A DNA stretch of 34,957 nucleotides from Syntrophaceae bacterium. Its GTDB lineage: Bacteria; Desulfobacterota; BSN033; UBA1163. Below, piece after piece: positions 34,883-34,957 of the stretch. The stretch spans positions 1 to 34,957 of the forward strand of contig JAGXSW010000188.1 of assembly GCA_018333715.1 (NCBI GenBank), in the 5' to 3' direction. Made by a program: the position numbers and the translations under genes. The number at the start of each line of letters is the position of its first letter. Within the stretch, counting starts at the first letter, position 1. The notes beneath the pieces are model-generated. The model saw nothing but the letters and a program-made list of their open reading frames with translations, ran no database searches and was not told where the DNA came from.

Positions 34883-34957
34883 GCCCCTGTAGCTCAGGTG
34901 GATAGAGCAACGGATTCCTAATCCGTGTGCCGCCCGTTCGAGTCGGGCCAGGGGCGC
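34883..34957 (+). tRNA. tRNA-Arg (anticodon CCT); 3' CCA cut by the window edge
   Basis: Acceptor GCCCCTG/CAGGGGC; D-arm GCTC...GAGC; anticodon arm ACGGA-TTCCTAA-TCCGT; T-loop GTTCGAG. Confidence 0.95.

Noticed and set aside
31900-34957. tRNA-anchored integrative island or prophage
   Set aside because: No integrase or att duplication is visible, and the region is upstream of the tRNA whereas integration is usually at the 3' end, outside the window.

Overview
Bacterial window, probably from an anaerobic Desulfobacterota/deltaproteobacterium-like genome (inferred from gene content and repeat style). Most of it is a ~20.5 kb minus-strand catabolic cluster (2693-23227): GntR regulator, split B12 acyl-CoA mutase, HAD/ECH fusion, hydantoinase/oxoprolinase AB, EamA remnant, PaaK-like CoA ligase, Liv-type ABC transporter and a 3-subunit XDH-family molybdoenzyme. 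This gene set closely parallels the anaerobic indole-3-acetate (iaa) pathway. A REP-associated tyrosine transposase (RAYT) sits inside the molybdoenzyme operon and carries its own REP doublets in-frame in its ORF. A divergent GlcD/GlcF/GlcD-like oxidoreductase operon follows. The rest holds two toxin-antitoxin-like modules (one decayed), a UxxC selenoprotein glutaredoxin truncated in the ORF track, uvrA, a MITE-disrupted TPR lipoprotein pseudogene, a degenerate histidine-kinase-like gene, a partial PAS/GAF sensor and tRNA-Arg(CCT). Intergenic regions are dense in REPINs, nested MITEs and short-period repeats. All family calls come from motif recognition by eye, not database searches.
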